A DNA stretch of 64,000 nt, taken from an uncultured Nitrospinota bacterium. GTDB lineage: Bacteria > Tectomicrobia > Entotheonellia > J063 > CAVPRW01. The translations under genes were made by a program, and so were the position numbers. Where the stretch lies: the NCBI GenBank assembly GCA_963707985.1, contig CAVPRW010000016.1:71953-135952 (forward strand). Direction: 5' to 3'. This document shows positions 10,278 to 19,224 of this stretch, piece after piece. Position 1 is the first letter of the stretch, and every line of letters begins with the position of its first letter. The notes beneath the pieces are model-generated. The model was not told where the DNA came from and made no database searches. It worked only from the letters and a program-made list of their open reading frames with translations.

Positions 10278-11163
10278 ATGTCCCCTACAGATCTCCACGC
10301 CTTTTGGCGCCGCACGACAGAGGCCTTGCAGCAGACGCCCATGCGTGCCTCTTGCATCGACGCGGCAGCGCAGAGTGGGCGCGAGTACGTCACCTCCCTC
10401 GTGCAGTTGGACAGCTTTGAGGGCAAACGCCTGCGCGCCTGGTACACGGTGCCGAAGGACCGCCTGTCGGGGGGCCGGGTGCCCGCGGTGCTGGCCGTCC
10501 CCGGCTATGGCGGGGATAAGCCCATTCCGACCCATCTCGCCGTCAGTGGCTTCGCGGTCTTGACCCTCTATCCTAGAGGCCAGGGGGAAAGCTGCCAGGA
10601 GTGGACCCTGGAGCATAGTACCAAGCTGACGTACCATGTGACGGATAAAGAGCGGTTTTACTATCGCGGCGCTTACATGGACTGTGTGCGCGGGCTCGAC
10701 TTCCTGGCCTCACGCCCGGAGGTGGACGCCACGCGGCTGGGCATGTGGAGCCGCAGCCAGGGCGGCGGTCTGACCCTGGCGACGGCGGCCCTCGACCCGC
10801 GGTTGCGGGTGGCGGTGGCGGAAGAGCCGTTCCTGTGCAACTACCCGGTGGCCATCACCGTGACCAGCCGCCCATATAGGCGAGCTGCATGACTATGTGG
10901 CCGCCCACCCCGAGGCCCGGCAGGCCATCCTGGACACGCTGGCCTACTTCGACCCGTTACATCTGGCGCCGTCAATCCAATGCCCCACCCTGGTCAACGT
11001 GGGGATGCGTGACGAGGTGTGTCCCGCCGCCACTATTGTCCCGGTCTTCGAGCGCCTCACCGCGCCGAAAGCGCTGCACGTGTACCCCGACCTGACGCAT
11101 GCCCCGTGCACGGACTTCAATGCCCATGCCATGCACTGGCTGCGCCGCTATCTCGGGGCGTAG
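10278..11163 (+). CDS. acetylxylan esterase/cephalosporin-C deacetylase (CE7), one frameshift near 10879
   Basis: PGYGG, RGQG, YYRGAYMDCVRGLDFL, SQGGG nucleophile elbow, YFD, DEVCP, H; removing one base near 10879 joins both ORFs (PY-GELHDYV). Confidence 0.88.
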
Positions 11164-11316
11164 GGCTCTCCGGACCCCGGACACATAGAAGGGAAGAGAA
11201 TGCGGGGAATGCAGCCTCTAGCGGGAGACAGGTGTGCATGGCATGTGGGCCTTGCCGATTCGATCTCCGTCACATGGCTCATTGGCGCTACTGAAGTGGG
11301 CGCTATAACAGCGGCA

Positions 11317-12200
11317 ATCACCGCTCACGGGAGAACGGGTTGCACTGCGCGTGGGTTTCCCTATGTTTGCCTCCCTCCCACTGCTCGAAGGACTGCCGCT
11401 GGATCCTACCACATGGGAACAGACGCCTGTGGTCGTTCAAGAATTGGTCATCCACTTGCTGGCGGTGACTCGGCAACAAGAAGAACGGATGAGGACCCTT
11501 GAGGCGCGGATGGCGGCCCTCGAAGCACGGAGTGCAGCGGAACTCGGCCAATACCAATCGTCCGCCCTCCGCGGATCCTCCCTGGGTGAAACCGCACACC
11601 TCCAGCACGCCCAAGGGCAAGCCGGGGCCAGGCCCGGACACCTGGGGCATCGCCAGGCATTGTTGGAGCCGACCGAGGTCATCGAGGTCCAGCTCCCGGC
11701 CTGTGGCTGCGGGCAGACCACGTTTCACGACGCGCGCCCCTACGATACCCATCAGGTCATCGAGCTGCCCGACATCCAGATGAGCGTGCAGCAGTTTGTG
11801 TTGTATGCAGGCGCGCTGTTCCCGGTGTGGCAGGGTCACGAAAGCCCCGGTTCCCCCAGCCGCTTCCTCCGGCGATGGTCCCCGGTTCACGGCCCTGCTG
11901 GGTGAGCTGTCGGGCAGTCAGCGGAGCAGTCGCAGCGCCGTGCAGGAGTGTTGCCGGTCGGTCCTGGGAGTGCCGATCAGCCAAGGCGCGATTCAACGCG
12001 CGGTGGATCGGGTCTCGGAGGCCCTCAAACCCTCATGACTGAGGCCATTCGCGGTGCAAGCCCGACGGGCGCCCGTCAATGACCGTGACGAGACCGGCTG
12101 GTATCGGCACGGCGTGTTGGTGTGGCTGTGGGTGATGGTCAACACCACGAGTGGCGTTGTTCAAGGTGCAGACGAGTCGGAGCCACGTGGCGTTCGAGGC
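11317..12200 (+). mobile_element. IS66-family transposase remnant (5' half, degenerate)
   Basis: NSANTNRPPSADPP, GHLGHRQ, HQVIELP, CSRCG zinc finger, GDGPRFTAL, DETGW...WLWV; several frameshifts. Confidence 0.88.
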
Positions 12201-13056
12201 CGCCTTCAATGATCTGGTGGGCATGGCCTATCCAGAAATTGACAAGCCCTTCGCCGGCTTGACCAAGCATAGACGTGCGCCGGCTTCACTGCTTGATGGA
12301 ACGCTGAATCCCGGGGAATTCAATCCGGATCGGATGAAGGTGCGTGAGTATCTGAAGCAACACAGAGGTAAGCTTCTGAAAGATGTAGCCACGGTCGAGA
12401 CACCCGTGGTATCGACATACTCCCCCAGCGATTTATATATTGGCTTGGACAGCATTGGCTCATCCTGTGGAACATTGACTCCGTCGACGATTGCCAATGA
12501 GGCAGTGGTCGGGACTGTGCGCACACTGCCAGAAGGTCCTGTCATTTCGAAGCTGCGGCCCTATTTGAACAAAGTGGCGTATATACCTACGGAGCTAGCT
12601 GGTGCCCTGGGTTCGACTGAATTACTGTGTGTGCGTCCGAACGAGCAAACGCTCTCGTGGTATCTCTATGGGGTACTCAAGCTGAGAAGTACGGTACGAC
12701 AACTGAATCCCGTCTCCACCGGTTCCACCCATCCGCGTGTGTCTAGGGACGATGTCTTGGGGGTCTTTATCCCATGGCTACAAGATCCTGTTGCGGCCGG
12801 GAATCTGCTCCAACGTGCGCAGCGTGACTACTTTGATGCGGAAAGGTTGATCACGGCCGCCAGGCTATTGGTCGAAGCCCTCATCGATTCACGGCTTTCA
12901 GAAGACGATCTCAAGGCAGCCAAACAGCAATTGGAGCAAGGCAATCGAGAGCTCGAATGTGCTCTCCTCTCTCGCATTACAGCAAGTGGCGTGGATACGG
13001 AAGGGGCGCCTCCCTTGTTCGTTGATCTCGAAGCACTGTACGCGGCCATCAACTAG
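12201..13056 (+). pseudogene. 5'-truncated restriction-modification specificity (HsdS/TRD-like) subunit with helical tail
   Basis: ISKLRPYLNKVA, GSTELL, YLYGVL, STGSTHPRV...IP TRD motifs; joined in frame to the IS66 remnant. Confidence 0.72.
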
Positions 13057-13261
13057 GCGGAGCGAGTCCATACTGATGGAGAGATATCATGACAGGTGAC
13101 CTGGTCGCAGCTGAGCACGCATTGCAGGAAGGTAGTCGCGATCTCGACTGAGTCATGTATAAGCTGATGGATGTTGGTGGCCTTGTTCGGCTCCTCATAC
13201 TGATATTCGGTGTCCGGCCCGAGTCAATTTTTGATGAATCCGGTAAGGTGTAGAAACAACG

Positions 13262-13594
13262 ATGCAGCTTCCCAATGGCCTCCAGGCGTACATTCCATCC
13301 GAAAAACTGAGCGCCTATTTGCTCTTGGAAACGCATGCCATTGGGAAAGCCAAAGCCACGTTTTTCCGCGCGCTGGGCTTCAATGAGACCAATCTACGTC
13401 TGTTGGAGCACGGATTACTGACCCTCGCACACAGCGCACCAGTGCAAGACGTGGTCCCATCGCCACACGGCGTTAAGTATATTATCGAGGGGGTGCTGGA
13501 AGCACCACGTGGCGCTTCGCCGCGTATCTGCACGGTGTGGATTCTCGAACCAGGCGAGACCAACCCGCGCTTTGTGACGGCATATCCCTCCTGA
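13262..13594 (+). CDS. DUF6883-like protein (putative toxin)
   Basis: IPSEKLSAYLL...HAIGKAKATFFRALGF...TVW...PRFVTAYP. Confidence 0.75.
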   Translation: MQLPNGLQAYIPSEKLSAYLLLETHAIGKAKATFFRALGFNETNLRLLEHGLLTLAHSAPVQDVVPSPHGVKYIIEGVLEAPRGASPRICTVWILEPGETNPRFVTAYPS

Positions 13595-13623
13595 TCCAGC
13601 CAGGGGTTGGGGAGGAGCAGGGC

Positions 13624-13857
13624 ATGATCCGTGAATTGGACACTGTGGTCTTGGTCCACGATCTCGAAACCTATGGCTTAACCCAAGGAGATGTGGGAGC
13701 CGTAGTCCATTGCTACAAGGACGGGGTGACCTTTGAAGTCGAGTTTGTAAGCGGGGAAGGAACCACGCTTGCGGTGTTAACCCTATCCCAGCATGACATT
13801 CGGCCCATGCATGCACGGGAAATCCTGCATGTCCGCGCTCTCACAAAGAGTGCATGA
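13624..13857 (+). CDS. DUF4926-like protein (putative partner/immunity)
   Basis: ELDTVVL...GLTQGDVGAVVH...FEVEFVSGEG. Confidence 0.8.
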   Translation: MIRELDTVVLVHDLETYGLTQGDVGAVVHCYKDGVTFEVEFVSGEGTTLAVLTLSQHDIRPMHAREILHVRALTKSA

Positions 13858-13902
13858 GAGTGAATACAGTTTTGTACTTTCTGCCAACCTGGGAACAAAC
13901 CA

Positions 13903-14178
13903 ATGACGAAACGGCAACCACCTTATAGTCCCGAAGAGCATGCCCGGCGTGGCGATGAGATCTACGAACGTTCTATCCGTCCACAGGTCGAAGCTGGCAA
14001 TCAGGGGAAGATCGTGGCCATCGACATTGATACTGGGGCCTTTGAGGTCGCCGATGGTGTGCTCACGGCCTCAGACCGCCTCCTAGCACGTTATCCAAAT
14101 GCCCAGACGTGGTTTATCCGCATTGGGCACCGTGCCGTGCACCGCTTTGGTCCACGTACTATCCCGGAGACGGCATGA
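13903..14178 (+). CDS. small protein of the type found upstream of clan AA aspartic proteases (DUF5678-like)
   Basis: RRGDEIYE...GKIVAIDIDTG...RIG; ATGA overlap with next gene. Confidence 0.65.
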   Translation: MTKRQPPYSPEEHARRGDEIYERSIRPQVEAGNQGKIVAIDIDTGAFEVADGVLTASDRLLARYPNAQTWFIRIGHRAVHRFGPRTIPETA

Positions 14179-14351
14179 TCACTGGAGTCGTGACCGCGAA
14201 TCACGAAGCGACGATCCCGCTTGTTGTTCCTGGGGCACACGGACAGCAGGAAACCATCGACGCTGTCATTGACACGGAATTCACAGGGTCTGTGACGCTG
14301 GCCCCCATGCTCATTACAGCGCTTGGTCTGTCTTGGCGCGCTCCTCAATGA
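14175..14351 (+). pseudogene. clan AA aspartic protease, truncated
   Basis: MITGVV...DAVIDTEFTG (DTG changed to DTE); ends after ~58 codons. Confidence 0.7.
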
Positions 14352-14469
14352 GCGATGACGTGCTCGGCGCCCTCATCACCACGATGCCCAAAATGGCATA
14401 GTGCCAGTCTGGCAGCAGTCGTCCTGCGAAGAAAGTTGCGGATATGATATCTGGCGGAGGCGCTACAGG

Positions 14470-14712
14470 ATGCCAATGACACGAGCCTACGAAGAAATCA
14501 TTGATTTTATTGCGGCTGGGGCGAGCCCGCGTGATGTGGTCATGTTTCAGCCCTCCGAGGCGGCCAAGGCACGCGTGGCGGACTTGATCCACCGGGAGAA
14601 AACCACTGGTCTGTCGCCGGAGGAAACCGCTGAGCTGGACCACTACCTGCAGTTGGAGCATGTGATGCGGCTAGCCAAAGCGCGCGCTCGGGCCTATCTG
14701 CCTCATGAGTAG
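14470..14712 (+). CDS. small helical protein, putative antitoxin of the adjacent HNH
   Basis: EIIDFIAAG...LSPEETAELDHYLQLEHVMRLAKARA; overlaps HNH start. Confidence 0.65.
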   Translation: MPMTRAYEEIIDFIAAGASPRDVVMFQPSEAAKARVADLIHREKTTGLSPEETAELDHYLQLEHVMRLAKARARAYLPHE

Positions 14713-15151
14713 TTACGTCGGTGCTGCCGTGCGCCGCCTGGTGGCTGTGCGCGCAGATTTCCTGTGCGAATATTGCTTGGTGCACGAAGACGATACGGTC
14801 TTTGGCTGCGAAGTGGACCATATCATCAGCGAAAAGCATAGTGGGGCAACGGACGCGGAGAACCTCGCCTACGCCTGTGCGTTCTGCAATCGGGCCAAAG
14901 GCAGTGATATCGGGTCGATCGTGCCGGGCACAGGGCGCTTCGTGCGGTTTTTCAATCCACGTACAGACCGCTGGGCAGAGCACTTTACCCTCGACGGTGT
15001 GACGATTGTGCCCCTCTCAGACATTGGCGAGGTCACCAGCCGTATCTTGGCCTTCAACGACAGCGACCGGTTGTTAGAGCGACAAACTCTACAAGCAGTA
15101 AGCAGGTATCCTAGCGCAGCGGCGGTGGCGCGCATGGCGAGCCGCACCTAA
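14705..15151 (+). CDS. HNH endonuclease
   Basis: CEYC, VDHII...H.G, NLAYACAFCNRAKG, FFNPR...W.EHF. Confidence 0.9.
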   Translation: MSSYVGAAVRRLVAVRADFLCEYCLVHEDDTVFGCEVDHIISEKHSGATDAENLAYACAFCNRAKGSDIGSIVPGTGRFVRFFNPRTDRWAEHFTLDGVTIVPLSDIGEVTSRILAFNDSDRLLERQTLQAVSRYPSAAAVARMASRT

Positions 15152-15236
15152 CATCGTTCCAGTGGAGCCGACGCCCAAGAGCCTTCGCTCCTGCACCGTT
15201 GCGACTATCGGGCGTAGCTCACCGCCAGCGAAAGGT
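15146..15236 (+). other. degenerate integron attC-like site
   Basis: ACCTAAC overlapping the HNH stop; inner arms GAGCCGACGCCC / GGGCGTAGCTC; right box GAAAGGT where the complement GTTAGGT is expected. Confidence 0.6.
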
Positions 15237-15248
15237 CGTAGGTATATC

Positions 15249-15645
15249 GTGGCAGTACAAACAAGAGAGCACCTTCTAGCACTTCTGCAAGAGCATCAGC
15301 ACCAAATCCGACGCTTTTGGCGTGCGCCGTCTGGGCTTGTTTGGCTCCTTCGTCCGTGGGCGCCAGCAGCGCGAGAGTGATGTTGATATGCTGGTGGAAT
15401 TCGAGCCTGGGTGCAAGACGTTTGACGCGTTCATGCAGCTTGCTTTTTTCTTAGAGGCATTGTTCGGACGACGGGTGGAATTGGTGACACCCGAATCACT
15501 CAGTCCCTACATTGGTCCGCATATTCTGTGTGAGATCGAATATGTCAGCTTCGACACGGCCCTATCTCCAACATATCCTCACCGAGACCCAGTATCTCAT
15601 GGACCAGACGCAGGGGCTGGAGAAAGAGAAGCCGCAGATGTCTGA
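15249..15645 (+). CDS. minimal nucleotidyltransferase (MNT antitoxin), frameshift near 15318
   Basis: GLFGSFVRG...ESDVDMLVEF...LEALFGRRVELVT. Confidence 0.85.
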
Positions 15646-15650
15646 TGACG
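15542..15650 (+). pseudogene. HEPN/DUF86 toxin, N-terminus only
   Basis: MSASTRPYLQHILTETQYLM; cut off at the IS end at 15651. Confidence 0.65.
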
Positions 15651-16900
15651 GGTAGCTCCACACTAAACCGTGGTCATGAGCACCAGCGTGCTATCAGGCG
15701 TTTCCGTGCCCGCGAGGGGCGCCCCCGCGGCGTGGAAGGCGTCCAGCGGGGTGGTGGTACGTGAAACGACAGCAGCTCCTGGACGGTCCAGCCATGATCC
15801 GTGATCCCGGCAGCCATGCTAGGCGTCCTCTGGAGACACGTCATACCAGCCGCCGATGCCGTGCGGCGCAGACTGGCAGGGTACGTACAGCAGTGGTCGA
15901 CACTGCCGATCAGATCCATCCCGTGCGGCCGCGTCAGCGGACGACGCGCCAGCGCGCTCCCGCGGCGTGTCAGCGACGCCAAGCGCTCCCGGAACGTCGC
16001 CTGGAGCCGCTCGATGTCTGCGGTGTGGCTCACCCCGTGCCCGTGCGAGCGACGCCTGAGCGTCTCGACTGAGCGTCTCGACGCGTGGGCGTGCCATCCA
16101 CGATAGGGCGCTCGATGTCGACCACGCGCCGCTGCACGTCGCGCTTGACGACCTGCGCGATGTCGAGATGGCGCCAGGGGCGCAGCCGAGGGCGCCCGGG
16201 CGCGCCTGTGCGTACCGGATCGCGACAGGTCTCACGCCTCGCCCGGACGTCGGCGGACACGCCATCGGTGCACCGCAAGAGCGGAGCGGGCGCAGCACCG
16301 CGGCGCACGCGCTCGAGGAGCCGGCGAATCAGCGGCCTATCACGAGGCGCACTGCCCTCGCCGGCCAGCCACAGCCGTGTCTTGACCAGCATCGCCAGCG
16401 CCATCCACACGATGCCGCCCGGCGTCTTGACGCGGATCGCATCGGCTGGCACCTGGCCCAGGTCTCGTGGGCGCTCCACCCGATGTTCCTGGACCGCCTG
16501 GCCCTGTCGGCCAGCGCGCGCCCCCCACGCCGCCACGGTCCGCTCATCGAACCCACAGGCGACGACGATCGCTGGCAGCGCACAGCCGTGCGCCAGCAGC
16601 GTGACCACGAGGCTGACCGGCTCTGCCGAGGTCCGCAGGCGGTACAACGCGGTGCCTGTCGTGGCGGTACACGTCTGGTGGCACGCCGTGCAGAGCCTCC
16701 GTGTGTCCTTGCGCGCGTGGAGACGAATATGGCCCTCGCCTGCTTGGCCGCGGGCGGGACATGCCACATTCGGGCAGCATACCGTCGTGGGGTCCATGAC
16801 GATCCTCCTGGCTGTGCGTGGACACATGGCCAAGAGAAATATGTCAGGACCCCCATTTCTTTTACAACCTCACTGCACCACGGTTTAGTGGGGAGCTACC
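15651..16900 (-). mobile_element. IS1-family-like insertion sequence with degenerate transposase
   Basis: 23-bp terminal IRs with 1 mismatch (GGTAGCTCC[A/C]CACTAAACCGTGG at 15651 and 16878-16900); Zn-finger CPN..C, HTH, CTDG, IERL.ATFR, RTPSMAAGITDH.W. Confidence 0.9.
16057..16082 (+). repeat. 13-bp tandem duplication that frameshifts the transposase
   Basis: TGAGCGTCTCGAC x2. Confidence 0.85.
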
Positions 16901-18059
16901 GCTGGCTCAGCTTCTCGAGCGTGGCGACCAGGGATTCGTGACGAGCTATGCGAAGATCCTCGGAATTTTTGAGCAGGTATTGGCAGGTGTGACCCACCTG
17001 CATGACCTGGGAATGTCCCATGGGGATATCAAGCCACAAAACGTGCTCGTATCAGAGGATGACGCCAAGATCACCGATTTTGGTAGCAGCATTCTTCCCG
17101 AAGACATGTACGCTCGGACACGCGAAAACGGTGGCACGATTCTGTATTCCGCCCCAGAAGTGGTGGGATCAATTTGCCGTGGGTGCAGCCGTACAGAAGT
17201 GTTCAGCGCCGATATCTATAGTCTCGGCGTTCTCCTGTACCACCTGGTGACGTCGCGTGTGCCACACGATACCTTGAGTCAAGTCGCCCGGCATGCACCG
17301 TTCCCACGGCCACGTGAAATCAATCGATCGGTATGCCCGGCCCTCGAAGAAGTGATTCTGAGATGTCTCGCGCACGATGCGATGGACCGCTGGCCTACAA
17401 TGCAGGAACTGACACTGGCGACGAAGCGGGCAAAACAGGCCCAACTCGATTATGTTCCCGAGCGAACTGTCAGCGTCAAGAGACAAGGCACCATTGACTG
17501 GTCGAGCGACGTGCTTGACTTGATCGACAAATCAGAGTTTGCACGCGCGGAAAATGTTGCCCGCATGGAGTTTGTACTGACTGGCGATGCCCATGCCTTC
17601 CTCATGATGGTCTCCGCCGCCGTACGAGATGGCCGATTTTTTGACGCCAGGAGGGATGTACAGGCCAACCCCAGCATGCTCGCCGCATCGTCCCGCGTCA
17701 AGCGAGACCTTCGTCAACTTGCCTTGAAGTGCTGCTTGGAAACTCGTGACATTGACCAGGCGCGAGAGCTCATCGAGACCATGATCGCCGAGGACGGCGA
17801 AACCCCGAATATCCTGCTGAAAAAGGCATCTGTGTTGGGGCTGTTAGCTCTGTACGAAGAGGCTCGTGACATTCTGCTCAGACTGAACCGGGATTTTCCA
17901 GGGCGACCGGCAGTCTTGCGACGTCTGGTCATCGTGTTTGAGCAGTTGCGAGATGTCGGCAAGGCCGCGGCGTTTCTCAAAGCTTATAGCCGGGCTGTTC
18001 CGCATGATGCCTGGGCAAGCGAGAAACACGAAAGGTTGGCTGCACTGGGATTTCGGTGA
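16901..18059 (+). pseudogene. Ser/Thr protein kinase (C-lobe only) with TPR-like C-terminus
   Basis: HGDIKPQN, DFG, GTILYSAPE, ADIYSLG; Gly-loop/catalytic Lys N-lobe missing at the IS boundary. Confidence 0.85.
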
Positions 18060-18211
18060 ACTATCAAGAGTACCTACCGCCGAGGAACCGCTTGAGCTCT
18101 CTGGAATCCATAAAGAGCCTTGAGCAACTGAACTTTGTGCTTGCGATAGGGCGATAGAGTTCCGTGGGCAACGGCATTGGCAGGGGATATGCGACGGGAT
18201 AAGAGGTAAAG

Positions 18212-18418
18212 GTGAGCGAAGAGCAGAGCGAAAGAGGAGGGGAGGAGCCAACCTCCGTGGTCCAGGAACTTGTCGAAGCTGGTTATGCAGAAGCAGTTCG
18301 CCAACTGCATGCCCGCTATGAGCGAGGGGAACTCTCGTTCCGCGCAGTTGCGGCTGAGTTGGGGCTTTCCGCGCGCGAGTTATATGACCTTTTCGAGAAG
18401 ATGGGGTTGCCAACATAG
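18212..18418 (+). CDS. UPF0175-like orphan antitoxin
   Basis: YERGELSFRAVAAELGLSARELYDLF; GAGG before GTG. Confidence 0.65.
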   Translation: MSEEQSERGGEEPTSVVQELVEAGYAEAVRQLHARYERGELSFRAVAAELGLSARELYDLFEKMGLPT

Positions 18419-18521
18419 GAGGTTGAGGGACGCTAGCGAAGGGACACATTCCCGCACATTATGCGGGAACCACTCCCAGACATCCCAGATCAACTCCAAA
18501 GGCTAAGAGGGTAGGATCGCG

Positions 18522-18742
18522 GTGGATATGCGCTTCGCCGCCCAGGTCCTCGCGGATGTGCCGGCGGCGTGCGACGACGACCCAGGGTCCGAGCCCCTCT
18601 AACAACAGGAGCCTGTCAGATGTCTGCCACAGATCTCCATGTCTTCTGGCACCGCACGACAGCGGCCTTGCAGCAGACGCTCATGCGGGCCACCTGCACC
18701 GATGCGACAGCGCAGAGCGGCCACGAGTATGCCACTTCCCTC
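18522..18742 (+). repeat. diverged partial copy of 10181-10400 (end of binding protein + start of esterase)
   Basis: Shared GTGGATATGCGCTTCGCCGCCCAGGTC, CCGAGCCCCTCTAACA, GGCCTTGCAGCAGACGC; MSATDLHVFW vs MSPTDLHAFW. Confidence 0.92.
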
Positions 18743-18953
18743 TCCGCGAGACGGGAAGCCCACCCTATTGTTTCACCCACGACTGCAGCGTTGGGCTGAG
18801 CATTTCGCCTGGCGTGAGCATGGCGACACGATGGACGGGCTGACATCGTGTGGTCGCACAACCATCGAGGCGTTGCGCCTGAACAACGACTGGATGGTGC
18901 AAGCACGCCGGCTTTGGATGCTGGTTGGGCTGCACCCGCCCCTCGAATCTTAA
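18743..18953 (+). pseudogene. C-terminal half of an HNH endonuclease (same family as 14705)
   Basis: LFHPRLQRWAEHFAW...GLTSCGRTTIEALRLN...R..W...G.HPP. Confidence 0.75.
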
Positions 18954-19224
18954 GCGACCCGTTTGCCTCCATACCTCCTCATGGGGGGAGGTCGTTGCTC
19001 ATCTAGGCGGGTTTCTGTCAATACAGGCTTTGGTACTATGTAGAGGGCTGTGGCCCGCAGCATACTGCTGGCTGTTAGGTGCCGAAGGGACTAGGAGAAT
19101 GGGGCGACACAGTGTACAATACTGCTGAACTCAGCTCAGGGTTCATTTTCAGGCGGATGTCTTTTGGACCAAATCCTCTATCGATCCACAGGTACTTCAT
19201 CTGTGGTTGGATGCGTACCAAACG

